Positions 1 through 8,831 of a DNA stretch of 64,000 nucleotides are shown piece by piece (the stretch's first letter is position 1; each line of letters begins with the position of its first letter). Position numbers and translations under genes: made by a program. A model generated the notes under the pieces. It ran no database searches. It had not been told where the DNA came from and worked only from the letters and a program-made list of their open reading frames with translations. The DNA comes from an uncultured bacterium (GTDB lineage: Bacteria; RBG-13-61-14; DATKZS01), in contig CAZYTX010000015.1 of NCBI GenBank assembly GCA_964650485.1, positions 6,182 through 70,181 on the forward strand. Direction: 5' to 3'.

Positions 1-701
1 CCGACGGCTTGTCCGAGCCTTCCCGAAAGTCCCTTGAAGAGGAGCTTCTGGAGAAGAGAGGCGTGGTGTCCCTTGATTACGTGGACAAGGACCAGGCCAT
101 GCTCGATTTCCACGCCATGCTGGGAGAGCGGGCGGAGATACTGGACGGCATGGAGGAGAACCCGCTGCCTGCAAGCTTCGTGCTCTCCCTGGACCCGGGA
201 GCAAGGAGCATGCAGGAGGTGGAGAAGCTGGCCGGGTCCATTCAAGAGATGCAGGGCGTGGACGAGGTTGACTACGGTGCGCGCCTCCTTGAGAGCTTCT
301 TTGCCGCGGGGAGGATAGCCCGGGCCGCGGTGCTTTTCATAGGGGGGCTGGTGGCAATGGCCGCTGCATTCATAGTGTCCAACACCATCAGGCTGACCAT
401 GTACGCCCGGGCCGAGGAGATAGGGATCATGAAGCTGGTGGGCGCGGGCAAGGCCCTTGTGCGCCTGCCCTTTGTGATCGAGGGTGTGCTCCAGGTCGTT
501 GCAGCGTCCTGCACGGGTTGCGCGCTTTTGTGGCTGCTTTTCCGCATGGGTCTCCAGGGCGTGCATTTCCCTGGCCTGCTGGGCGGGTTCGAACCGGTGT
601 TCCTCTCCGCCCCCGCAGTGTGGGCCATTCTGGGAGCGGGAGCGCTCATGGGCGCGGCCGGGAGCATGAGCAGGGTAAGGGTGTTCCTCAAGATGCAATG
701 A
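1..701 (+). CDS. ftsX: Cell division ABC transporter permease FtsX, C-terminal part (5' end lies outside window)
   Basis: ORF 9..701 is open to the window edge. It has 4 TM segments typical of FtsX (AAVLFIGGLVAMAAAFIVSNTIRLTMYAR...GIMKLVGAG) and sits directly upstream of an EnvC-like M23 gene, the usual ftsEX-envC order. Confidence 0.75.
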   Translation, partial: DGLSEPSRKSLEEELLEKRGVVSLDYVDKDQAMLDFHAMLGERAEILDGMEENPLPASFVLSLDPGARSMQEVEKLAGSIQEMQGVDEVDYGARLLESFFAAGRIARAAVLFIGGLVAMAAAFIVSNTIRLTMYARAEEIGIMKLVGAGKALVRLPFVIEGVLQVVAASCTGCALLWLLFRMGLQGVHFPGLLGGFEPVFLSAPAVWAILGAGALMGAAGSMSRVRVFLKMQ

Positions 702-706
702 AACCC

Positions 707-802
707 GGTAACACATAGCTTTGCTATGTGTGCGACCGAAGGGAGCAGGTTGTGGAGGAAGGAGCAAGAAGACATTGGAAAAATTCTGGTGAAGTGCACA
801 TG
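707..802 (+). repeat. Conserved intergenic leader module, copy A: 9-bp-stem hairpin CACATAGC-TTT-GCTATGTG, then GACCGAAGGGAGCAGGTTG, then GTGCACATGA spanning the start codon
   Basis: A ~47-nt core GGTAACACATAGCTTTGCTATGTGTGCGACCGAAGGGAGCAGGTTG is near-identical to the reverse complement of 10587-10636. Both copies lie in the same orientation relative to transcription, 5-15 nt after an upstream stop codon, and end in GTGCACATGA containing the downstream ATG. Confidence 0.6.
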
Positions 803-2086
803 ACCTGCTCGCTCCGCTCGCCCACAAAGCAGAGCTTTGTGGGTTGCCTTTTGAAAGTGGAGCGGAAAACCATTAAAGCTCTGAAAGAGCGACGGTCTAT
901 AGCCCCGGGCACGCCCCGCCAGGGGCGCAGCCCTGGGAAAGCCCTTGCTGCCGCGGTGCTGTTTGCGGTCTCGGCCTGGGGTCTGGCGTATGGCTCCGAG
1001 GGCCTGGTGAAGCGGTCCGAGATAAGCCGGGAGCTCGATCGCACCAGGCAACAGATGGAACGGGAGAGACGCGCCCTGGATGAGCTCATGGGCAGGGAGG
1101 GGCGGCTGCTTGAGAAGCTCGCGGCCTTGAAGAGGCAGCTCGCCCGCTCGCGGTCCCGGCTCTCCGATCTGGCCGCAAAAAAGCGGAACCTCGAGGAGCA
1201 GGAGAGGGAGCTGGTGCAGAAGATCAGCGATCTTGAAGCGGAGCTCGCGGAGAAAAAGCGCAGCATGGGAGAGCGTCTTTCCGCCCGCTACCGCTTCGAG
1301 AGGCGCGGGTCGCTCTCTTTCTGGCTGGGCGCGGAGAGCATCTCCGCTCTGTCCAGGCGCGCCCGCTACCTGGAGGACCTTTTCCTGGCCGATAAGAAGA
1401 AGGTGGAGTCCTATAAGACGCTGCTGGCCGAGCTCTTTGAAACACAGGAGGAGCTCTCGGAGAAGCGGCGCGACCTCGATTCCCTGCACCGCGTCGAGCT
1501 CGAGCAGGAGAGGGCCCTTGCCAGGCAGAAGAGCTCGTATGAAGGCATGCTGCGCAAGGTGAACCTTGAGCGGGAGGCGCACGAGCAGCTCCTTGCCGAG
1601 CTTAAAAGGAGCGCGGAGCGTCTTGAGTCCCTTATCGAGGAGCTTGCAAAAGAGGGCTCCAGCGGTGGTGAGTTCGAGTCCAGGAAGGGCTCCCTGTGCT
1701 TTCCTGCCCCGGGCGAGGTGGTCTCCGAGTTCGGCAAGAAGGTGCACCCGCGCTTTTTAACCGTGACCATGCAGAAGGGCATAGAGATCGGCGCCGGAGG
1801 AGGGGCGCCGGTGAGGGCGGTGTCATCTGGCGTGGTCAGGTTCGCGGAGTGGTTCATGGGCTACGGCAACCTGGTGATCCTTGACCACGGCAACGGGTTC
1901 TACACCCTTTACGGGCACCTGGCGGAGTTCAGGTCCGGGGTAGGAGGTCGTGTCGAGCGGGGCGAGGTTATCGGGCTGGTGGGTGACACGGGCTCGCTTT
2001 CCGGGCCTTCGTTGTACTTCGAGATCAGGCGGCGGCTTACGCCCATGGACCCGGCTGAGTGGCTCGCGGACTGCGTGGAGGGATGA
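800..2086 (+). CDS. envC: Murein hydrolase activator EnvC-like protein (signal peptide, long coiled coil, C-terminal M23/LytM peptidase domain)
   Basis: Start ATG at 800 is set by the conserved leader GTGCACATGA; ORF track start 728 is probably too early. It has a hydrophobic N-terminus ALAAAVLFAVSAWGLAYG and a REL/KRQ coiled coil. The C-terminal GYGNLVILDHGNGFYTLYGHL...GDTGSLSGPSLYFEIR matches M23 peptidases. It follows ftsX. Confidence 0.7.
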   Translation: MTCSLRSPTKQSFVGCLLKVERKTIKALKERRSIAPGTPRQGRSPGKALAAAVLFAVSAWGLAYGSEGLVKRSEISRELDRTRQQMERERRALDELMGREGRLLEKLAALKRQLARSRSRLSDLAAKKRNLEEQERELVQKISDLEAELAEKKRSMGERLSARYRFERRGSLSFWLGAESISALSRRARYLEDLFLADKKKVESYKTLLAELFETQEELSEKRRDLDSLHRVELEQERALARQKSSYEGMLRKVNLEREAHEQLLAELKRSAERLESLIEELAKEGSSGGEFESRKGSLCFPAPGEVVSEFGKKVHPRFLTVTMQKGIEIGAGGGAPVRAVSSGVVRFAEWFMGYGNLVILDHGNGFYTLYGHLAEFRSGVGGRVERGEVIGLVGDTGSLSGPSLYFEIRRRLTPMDPAEWLADCVEG

Positions 2087-2225
2087 GCTACGGGCATTGA
2101 CAGGGGATCTTTTGACCGAACGTCGCCACGGCGCAACGCTGAATAATGCCTGTTGCAAAACTTAACCCCTGGGCTAATGACCGTCGGCCCATCAGTCCTT
2201 ATAAGCATCATGAAGTTTCTAAAGT

Positions 2226-3239
2226 TCAGTTCCTGTTGCCTGTCTTTCTGGCGTTCATGGCCTGCTTGATCTCTTCCACCGTGGCGACCGAGGTCCCGAT
2301 CTTTCCGACCACTATCCCCGCGGCCAGGTTGGCCGCCTTTGTGGCATCGAGCATGTCCATGCCCGCGACCAGGGCCACTGCCATGGCGCCCACCACCGTG
2401 TCGCCGGCGCCGGTGACGTCGTAGACCTCTCTGGCACGGGCGGGTATGTGCGCTGGCTTCTTTGTGTTCCGGAAGAGGCTCATCCCCTTCTCGCCCCTGG
2501 TTATGAGCAGTGCCTTGCATTGCAGTCGCTTTAGAAGCATCTCTCCGGCCCTTTCCAGGTCCTCATCAGTCTCGATCCCGGTCCCGGTCATGACCGATGC
2601 CTCCTGGCTGTTGGGCGTTATCAGGTCCACGCCCCGGTACCAGTCGGCGTGTGCGGGCTTGGGGTCCACCACCAGGAGCTTGCCTTTTTCCCTGCACAGC
2701 CCTTTGAGCCTCTCCATCAGCTTCTCGCTCACCAGCCCCTTTTGGTAGTCGGACACCACCACCGCGTCCACCGAGCCTATGGAGTCTTTTATGGACCTCC
2801 ACAGCTTGTTGAAGGTGGAGGGCTTTAGCTGTCTCGGGTCCTCGCGGTCAAAGCGCACCACCTGCTGCTGGTGGGCGATGATCCTGGTTTTGACCGCGGT
2901 GGGCCTCCTTGTGCTCCTGTGCACGCAAGCGCCCCTGGCGCCGATGCGCTCGAGCTCGCGCAACACGGCCTCACCCGCGGGGTCCGTGCCCACCACCCCG
3001 GCGAGCACGGCTTTTGCCCCGAGCGCGCGCACGTTGCCCACCACGTTGGCCGCGCCGCCCAGCAGGGCCGTCTCCCTGTGCACCTCGACCACGGGCACTG
3101 GGGCCTCGGGGGATATCCTCTTTACACGTCCCCATATGAAGATGTCGTGCATGATGTCGCCCACCACCATGACCCTGGCCTTTTTGAATCGGCCCAGTGA
3201 GTCCAGGAGGCCGGCTTTGGGTTTGGGGGTTCTTTTCAT
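2226..3239 (-). CDS. hldA: D-glycero-beta-D-manno-heptose-7-phosphate kinase (RfaE domain I / HldA type, pfkB carbohydrate kinase); no adenylyltransferase domain
   Basis: VMVVGDIMHDIFIWG at the N-terminus and DVTGAGDTVVGAMAVAL near the C-terminus are pfkB/RfaE-I hallmarks. Start chosen at MKRTPKPKAG (codon 60 of ORF 2226..3416) so it does not overlap the next gene; length ~337 aa. Confidence 0.65.
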   Translation of the reverse strand: MKRTPKPKAGLLDSLGRFKKARVMVVGDIMHDIFIWGRVKRISPEAPVPVVEVHRETALLGGAANVVGNVRALGAKAVLAGVVGTDPAGEAVLRELERIGARGACVHRSTRRPTAVKTRIIAHQQQVVRFDREDPRQLKPSTFNKLWRSIKDSIGSVDAVVVSDYQKGLVSEKLMERLKGLCREKGKLLVVDPKPAHADWYRGVDLITPNSQEASVMTGTGIETDEDLERAGEMLLKRLQCKALLITRGEKGMSLFRNTKKPAHIPARAREVYDVTGAGDTVVGAMAVALVAGMDMLDATKAANLAAGIVVGKIGTSVATVEEIKQAMNARKTGNRN

Positions 3240-3247
3240 GGGGCTGG

Positions 3248-3523
3248 TCAGGGCTCTTTTCGGGAGTGGTCTTCTATAACGTGCCTGGCCGCGGGTGAGA
3301 GGTAGAGGTTTTCCAGGTCCGCGTGCCTTAGCGCGCTGGCAAAGAGCTCGAGCCTCTCGGAGGTGGAAAGCTTTGGGTCCACGAATATCACGGGCGAGCC
3401 TTTTAGCAGGGCCCACCCGCTTCTGGCCTTTGCGTCCCTTTCTTGCAGGGCGGCTTCCCTCACGGTGAACCCCGCGGCCCGTGCCGCGTGCAAGAGCTCC
3501 TCAGCCAGTCTTTGTTTGTCCAT
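3248..3523 (-). CDS. Hypothetical small protein (91 aa)
   Basis: Clean ORF between hldA-like and the MCP gene on the same strand. No recognisable motif. Confidence 0.35.
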   Translation of the reverse strand: MDKQRLAEELLHAARAAGFTVREAALQERDAKARSGWALLKGSPVIFVDPKLSTSERLELFASALRHADLENLYLSPAARHVIEDHSRKEP

Positions 3524-6158
3524 TGTTTTCCACGAAGAGCTGGAACCTTTTCACCTCGGCGTGGAGCGTCTCGCCTTCCCTTGTCAGGGCCTCGACCACC
3601 TCGGAGAGCTTCTTTGAACTTTCCGCGCTCTGCTGGCTGACCACGTTAATCCTGTCCATGAGCTTGAGCACCTGCGAGCTTCCCTGCTTCTGGTCCTGCT
3701 GGGCCTGGTTGATGCTGTATAGCATGTCGGTGATGTTCTCGATTGACTTGGTGATGAGCCTGGATCCCTGGAGCTGCTCCTCGGCGTTCCGTTTCACCTG
3801 CAGGGAGGCGCTCTTCATCTCCTCGGTGGACCTGTAAATCTGTGCCCCCCCCTTGGACTGCTGCTGGGTGGCCACGGATATCTGGTTTATCATCTCCGCC
3901 ATCTTCTCCATGGCCTGGCTCACCTGCCTGCTGGAGTCGGTCTGCTCCCTGGTGGTCCTGGCTATTCCCTGCACCCTCTCCATGGCCAGCTTGGTGCTCT
4001 CCATGATCTTTGCAAGCGACCCGCTGGCCTGCTCGGCCAGGTTGACCCCCTTCTCCACCGCCCTGGTGCCTTCCTCGATGGCGCCCACAGCCTGCTGCGA
4101 CTCCTCCTGCACGCCCTTTATGAGACCGTGTATCTCCCGGGTGCTTCCCGAGGTCCTCTCGGCAAGCTGCTTAATCTCGTCCGCGACCACGGCGAAGCCG
4201 CGGCCGTGCTCGCCCGCCTGGGCCGCGATGATGGCGGCGTTAAGAGCAAGCAGGTTGGTCTGGTTGGCCACGTCGTCTATCACCTGCACGATCTTGCCTA
4301 TCTCGTCCGCCCTTGATCCCAGCCTCTCGATCACGTCCTGGGCCGAGTGAACCACCTCGGATATCTCGTGCATCTCCTGCCTCACCTGGGAGACGTTGTC
4401 CACGCCGCTCTCCGCGTCCTTTATCACCGACTCGCTCCACTCCGCGGTGTCCTTGGTGTTCTTCTCCACCTGCCTTATGGCCGCGTCCATCTGGGCCATG
4501 CTGGAGGCCGTGTCCTCGGATACGCTGGAGAGCGCGCTCACGTTCTCCGCCACCTGGTCAAGGGCAGCGGTCATCTCGTTTATGGAGCTGGAGACCTCGT
4601 TTATGGACTGGTTCAGGATGTCCACGCTCTCGTTTATCTTCTTGACCGCGGCGCTCATCTCGAACACGGACGAGGAGCTCTCCTCGGCCGAGGACGAGAG
4701 CACCTCCACGTTGTCCGCGATCCCCTGGATGTTGGCGTCCATCTGGTTTATGGCCGTGGCCACGTCCTCCAGGGCCTGCACCTGCTGCTTGGCCCCGTCC
4801 CTCACCGACTCCGAGGCCTGCTGTATGGACCCGGTGGCCTGGTCAAGGCTTTTTGCCGCCTCCCTTATCCTTCGGATGACCCCGCCCAGCCGGCCGCTCA
4901 TGTCGCGGAGGCTGAGGGCAAGGTCGCCCACCTCGTCGTTGGCGTGGAAGAACACGTCCATGTGTATCTGGCCCTCGCCCACCTCCTTGGTGAACTCGAC
5001 CAGGCGGGAGATGGGGGAGGAGATGTCCGAGGCTATGGCCGCGCCCACCCCTATGCTGATAAGTGTTATCACCCCCATGAGCCCTATTGATATCCACTTG
5101 AAAGTGGAGAGCTGGCCCTTGTAGTTGCTCCAGGGGTAGCCGTACATGAGGAAGTACTCCCTGGCATGCTCGCCCTCGCCTGTCACCACACGCTTGAACA
5201 CCGAGACCTCGGCCCCGAAGGGGTTGAACTCCAGGGAGACGCCGTCAGTCGAGTCCTTGGCCTTGTCCCTGCTCACGTCTATCATCACCTCGGGATAAAT
5301 GTCCAGGAAGGACTGTCGCCGCAGATGCTCCTTGTATCCCTCACCGGTGTCCTCCACCAGGTAAATGTTTCGAGTGTCATCCTGCATGGCCGCAAGCTCG
5401 CTCGTGACCTCCTGCATATAGCCCGGGTCACGGTGCAGCCTGTCCCAGTCTATGCTCTCCGCCCGCTCCCTGACCTCGGAGAGGTGCTGCTTCCCTATCC
5501 ACCTTTGCAGCGCGGCCGCGGCCTGCCTGTATCCGGCCAGCTCGGCGATGAACAGGCTCAGCACCACCAGGGGTATGAGGGTGATCAAGAGGAATGACCT
5601 CAAAGGCACCCGCATGACCGAGAGCTCCTGGTCGAGCACCTCGGGGCTCCTGTGTATGATAAGCCCCACCACCGGGTCAACGATGGAGCGCCACCTGTAG
5701 AACTGGAAGATGGTTATTATGAGGGCCGCGGCCACCACTCCGACCCAGATGGTGCCTCCATCTATGAAGCGCAGCTTGCCGTCGGTGGCCACCAGGGCGC
5801 CCAGCACCGCGCCCAGGCCACCTGCCGCCCACGCGGCCAGCCCGAAAAGCGGCATCTTCACCGGGAAGTCCATCACCGCCTTGAGGGCCTGCTGGGCCGA
5901 GACCTCGCCCTGGGGCCCGGGCTCATGGTCGAGGAAGGCCTGCGCCACCCTCCAGCGCCTGTTCATGAGCATCACGTGGATGGCTATCATGCTGGCCGTG
6001 GGCACAAAGGCCCCGGCCAGCGCGTACCCTATGATGCCCAGTGTCACCGTGGGTATGAGTATGAGTATGTAGAGAATGAGCAGGATGATGCCCATGGTGG
6101 TGAGTATGGCAATCCAGCGGTCTATCTGCTTCTTGGCATTATCAACTACGTCGGCCAT
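3501..6158 (-). CDS. Methyl-accepting chemotaxis protein (multi-TM N-terminal sensor region, HAMP, MCP signalling domain)
   Basis: 885 aa. N-terminal hydrophobic helices, then a long heptad-rich region with the MCP signature ...[35 protein letters not shown]... Confidence 0.85.
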   Translation of the reverse strand: MADVVDNAKKQIDRWIAILTTMGIILLILYILILIPTVTLGIIGYALAGAFVPTASMIAIHVMLMNRRWRVAQAFLDHEPGPQGEVSAQQALKAVMDFPVKMPLFGLAAWAAGGLGAVLGALVATDGKLRFIDGGTIWVGVVAAALIITIFQFYRWRSIVDPVVGLIIHRSPEVLDQELSVMRVPLRSFLLITLIPLVVLSLFIAELAGYRQAAAALQRWIGKQHLSEVRERAESIDWDRLHRDPGYMQEVTSELAAMQDDTRNIYLVEDTGEGYKEHLRRQSFLDIYPEVMIDVSRDKAKDSTDGVSLEFNPFGAEVSVFKRVVTGEGEHAREYFLMYGYPWSNYKGQLSTFKWISIGLMGVITLISIGVGAAIASDISSPISRLVEFTKEVGEGQIHMDVFFHANDEVGDLALSLRDMSGRLGGVIRRIREAAKSLDQATGSIQQASESVRDGAKQQVQALEDVATAINQMDANIQGIADNVEVLSSSAEESSSSVFEMSAAVKKINESVDILNQSINEVSSSINEMTAALDQVAENVSALSSVSEDTASSMAQMDAAIRQVEKNTKDTAEWSESVIKDAESGVDNVSQVRQEMHEISEVVHSAQDVIERLGSRADEIGKIVQVIDDVANQTNLLALNAAIIAAQAGEHGRGFAVVADEIKQLAERTSGSTREIHGLIKGVQEESQQAVGAIEEGTRAVEKGVNLAEQASGSLAKIMESTKLAMERVQGIARTTREQTDSSRQVSQAMEKMAEMINQISVATQQQSKGGAQIYRSTEEMKSASLQVKRNAEEQLQGSRLITKSIENITDMLYSINQAQQDQKQGSSQVLKLMDRINVVSQQSAESSKKLSEVVEALTREGETLHAEVKRFQLFVENNGQTKTG

Positions 6159-6170
6159 TTTCCCGGTCCT

Positions 6171-6473
6171 TTAATGAACGTGCCCTGTTTCAGGGACCCC
6201 GTCCTTTTTATCTAGTCCGAAGGGAGCATTAATCCACTGGTCGCGGCACGGTTTGCAAAGGAAGAAGGAGACCTTCTGAAAGACCTCGTCCGAGAGCTCC
6301 TGCTCGCTCTTTCGCTCAACCTGTTTCCACATTTGCGACATCTCTTTGGGCGAGTCGGGCGGCACAAGCGCCCCGTCGAAGTCCGCCACCGCGCTTATGG
6401 TCACCGCGTAGCTGGTCTCGCCGCTGTCCAAGAGCATGCCGCAGCGGGCGCAATTCTTATTCGCATTCCCCAT
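6171..6473 (-). CDS. Small zinc-ribbon protein (two CxxC pairs)
   Basis: 100 aa with C-A-R-C-G near the N-terminus and C-K-P-C near the C-terminus. Sits 13 nt upstream of the MCP start on the same strand. Confidence 0.4.
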   Translation of the reverse strand: MGNANKNCARCGMLLDSGETSYAVTISAVADFDGALVPPDSPKEMSQMWKQVERKSEQELSDEVFQKVSFFLCKPCRDQWINAPFGLDKKDGVPETGHVH

Positions 6474-6633
6474 TTCATCTCCGCGCTTTACAACTCAGCT
6501 TTACACGAGGCTAATAATGTCCTGCCGGCTAACTATACTATAATCCAGCGCTAACAAAAAAACAAGAAAGCTTTATTTTGGACAGCAGTGGTCCGGGCTT
6601 ATAATGAAGAGCTTTGCATCCGAGGGCTGATCC

Positions 6634-7566
6634 ATGCATCCGGTAATCGAGATCATAGATATAGTCTCGCCTGTTTTCCTGCTTATCGGGGTGGGCTACG
6701 CCCTTGGCTCCAGGGGGTTTATGGGGCCGGAGGCGGTCTCGGTTCTTTCCAGGCTGGTGTTTTACGTTGCCGCGCCCCCGCTGCTTTTCAGGAGCGCGGC
6801 AGGGGCGGACCTGTCCCGGGCACTTGACATGGGCTCCATCGCCTGGATAGCGCTGGTGACCGTGCTCACAGCCTCCGCCACATACGCGCTCGCGGCATGG
6901 ACCAGGCCCGAGCGCCGGGGTGTGATCGCCCAGGGTGTCTTCCGCACCAACATGGTGTTCGTGGGGCTTCCGGTGATCATGAACGCCTTTGGCGAGGAGG
7001 TTCTGGGCCCGGCCGCGGTGCTCATAGGCTTCATGGTGCCGGTGTACAACCTCCTTGCCGTGCTGGTGCTCTCCCTGCCGCATAAGAGCGCGCAAGGCCC
7101 CGGGTCCCTGCTTTGGAAGACTGCGCGCGAGGTGGTGTTGAACCCTCTCATCCTGGGCAGCGCCGGGGGCATGGTCTTCTCCGCGCTGGGCCTTGCCCTG
7201 CCCGTGTTCGCGGACCGCACCTTCGATCTCTTGGGAAGGATAGCCATGCCGCTCGCGCTCCTGGTGGTGGGCGCCGGGCTTGACGTTCAGAGGCTGCGCA
7301 CCGAGCTGAGAGCGGCCTCCCTCATCTCTTTTATCAAGCTGATAATATACCCCGCGCTTATCTATGCGGGGCTCAGGATGGCCGGGGTCTCCGGGGTGTC
7401 GCTGCAGTTCCCGGTGCTGCTCATGGCCGCGCCCACCGCGGTGGCCAGCCACATCATGGCCCGGGAGATGGGAGGCGATTCTCAGCTTTCCTCCGCGGTC
7501 GTTATCGGCGCCACCCTGAGTTCACTTTTCACCATTACCCTGTGGCTGGTGTTCTTCAGGCTCTGA
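6634..7566 (+). CDS. AEC (auxin efflux carrier / malate permease) family transporter
   Basis: 310 aa, ~10 TM helices in a 5+5 arrangement separated by a hydrophilic loop. Composition is typical of the PF03547 membrane transport family. Confidence 0.65.
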   Translation: MHPVIEIIDIVSPVFLLIGVGYALGSRGFMGPEAVSVLSRLVFYVAAPPLLFRSAAGADLSRALDMGSIAWIALVTVLTASATYALAAWTRPERRGVIAQGVFRTNMVFVGLPVIMNAFGEEVLGPAAVLIGFMVPVYNLLAVLVLSLPHKSAQGPGSLLWKTAREVVLNPLILGSAGGMVFSALGLALPVFADRTFDLLGRIAMPLALLVVGAGLDVQRLRTELRAASLISFIKLIIYPALIYAGLRMAGVSGVSLQFPVLLMAAPTAVASHIMAREMGGDSQLSSAVVIGATLSSLFTITLWLVFFRL

Positions 7567-7613
7567 CCGCGAAAAGTTTTGCAGGCCGCCCGGGGTCTGC
7601 TAATCTAGAATGC

Positions 7614-8822
7614 ATGAAGCCTTTCCAGGTGCTGGTAAAGCCCGCAGCGGGCGATTGCAACCTTGCATGCGAGTACTGCTTTTACCGGAGCACCACGCCC
7701 GAGCTCTACCCCGATCAGAAAAAACACCGCATGAGCCGCGAGGTCATGGAACTGCTGGTGAAAGACCTCCTCTCCTACCGCTTTGCCGAGACCATCTTTT
7801 CATGGCAGGGAGGCGAGCCCACCCTCATGGGACTCGATTTTTTCGAGGACGTGATCCGCGCGCAGATGGACAATGGAAAGGGCGGCCAGGTGGTGGGCAA
7901 CGCGCTCCAGACCAACGGCATCCTCATAAACGACGACTGGGCCAGGTTCCTTTCCCGCTACAAGGTGGTGGTGGGACTTTCCCTGGACGGACCACGGGAT
8001 GTTCACGACCGCTTTCGGAAGAGCGCGGGAGGAGGGCCTACCTTTGACCGGGTGATGGAGGCCGCGGAGGTGATGAAAAGGCGGGGCGTGGCCTTTAATA
8101 TCCTCTGCGTGGTGAACCGGTATAACCAGGACCTGGGCCGCGAGGTTTTCCGGTTTTTCAAGGCCCAGGGTTTCGATTACATCCAGTTCATACCCTGCCT
8201 GGAGACGCACCCCGAGAGCTGCGAGGTCATGCCCTTCTCGGCCACGCCCGACGGGCTGGCCCGCTTCTTTTGCCGGGTGTTCGAGGAGTACGCCGCGGAG
8301 GGTTTCCCCCGGGTGTCGGAGCGCAACTTCGACGCGCTCCTCAGCATGCACGTTACAGGCAGCCCGGGTCTTTGCACCTTCGAGGACAAGTGCGGCTCCT
8401 ACCTGGTGGTCGAGTACAACGGGGACATATACCCTTGCGACTTCTTCGTGGAGGAGAAGTGGCGGCTGGGGAACCTGGGCGACAAGCGGCTGGGCGAGTT
8501 CTTCGAGCACCCCCTGATGCACAAGTTCGCCGCGGCCAAGCAGAAGGTCCCGGCCGAGTGCAGGCGGTGCAGGTGGTACGCCTGGTGCTTCGGCGGTTGT
8601 CTCAAGGACAGGCTCCCGCACCGGGCGGATGGCCCGGGCAAGAGCCGGTTCTGCGAGTCCTACCTTGCCATGTTCGAATGCTCGCAAGAGAAGATGGAGA
8701 AGTGGGCGGAGATGGTGAGGCAAAGGGACGGTCAGGCGGAGCAGGAGGGGAAAAGGCCCGGCAGGAACGCCCCCTGCCCCTGCGGCTCCGGGAAGAAGTA
8801 CAAGAAGTGCTGCGGCGCGTGA
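7614..8822 (+). CDS. Radical SAM / SPASM-domain maturase of the anaerobic sulfatase-maturating enzyme (anSME) type with a C-terminal SecA-like SEC-C zinc-binding tail
   Basis: N-terminal VLVKPAAGDCNLACEYCFY (Cx3Cx2C). C-terminal Cys clusters CTFEDKCG...YPCDFF...CRRCRWYAWCFGGC fit SPASM. The last 20 aa, [20 protein letters not shown], form a SEC-C motif. Start is at MKPFQ (ATG 7614). Confidence 0.7.
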   Translation: MKPFQVLVKPAAGDCNLACEYCFYRSTTPELYPDQKKHRMSREVMELLVKDLLSYRFAETIFSWQGGEPTLMGLDFFEDVIRAQMDNGKGGQVVGNALQTNGILINDDWARFLSRYKVVVGLSLDGPRDVHDRFRKSAGGGPTFDRVMEAAEVMKRRGVAFNILCVVNRYNQDLGREVFRFFKAQGFDYIQFIPCLETHPESCEVMPFSATPDGLARFFCRVFEEYAAEGFPRVSERNFDALLSMHVTGSPGLCTFEDKCGSYLVVEYNGDIYPCDFFVEEKWRLGNLGDKRLGEFFEHPLMHKFAAAKQKVPAECRRCRWYAWCFGGCLKDRLPHRADGPGKSRFCESYLAMFECSQEKMEKWAEMVRQRDGQAEQEGKRPGRNAPCPCGSGKKYKKCCGA

Positions 8823-8831
8823 GCTTCCACA

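Noticed and set aside
585-600. GGGTTCGAACCGG, superficially like a tRNA T-arm
   Set aside because: It lies inside the ftsX reading frame (..GGFEPVF..), has no surrounding cloverleaf, and the T-loop consensus GGTTCGAATCC is not met. No tRNA or rRNA found anywhere in the window.
2087-2225. Convergent intergenic region after the envC-like gene, searched for a terminator hairpin
   Set aside because: Only weak, imperfect inverted repeats (CGTCGCCACGGCGCAACG, TGAAGTTTCTAAAGTTCA) with no clear U-tract. Not reportable.
3853-5124. Plus-strand ORFs (3853..4350, 4347..5090, 4396..5124) antisense to the MCP gene
   Set aside because: They are antisense to a well-supported 885-aa MCP and their sequences are low complexity. 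No RBS evidence.
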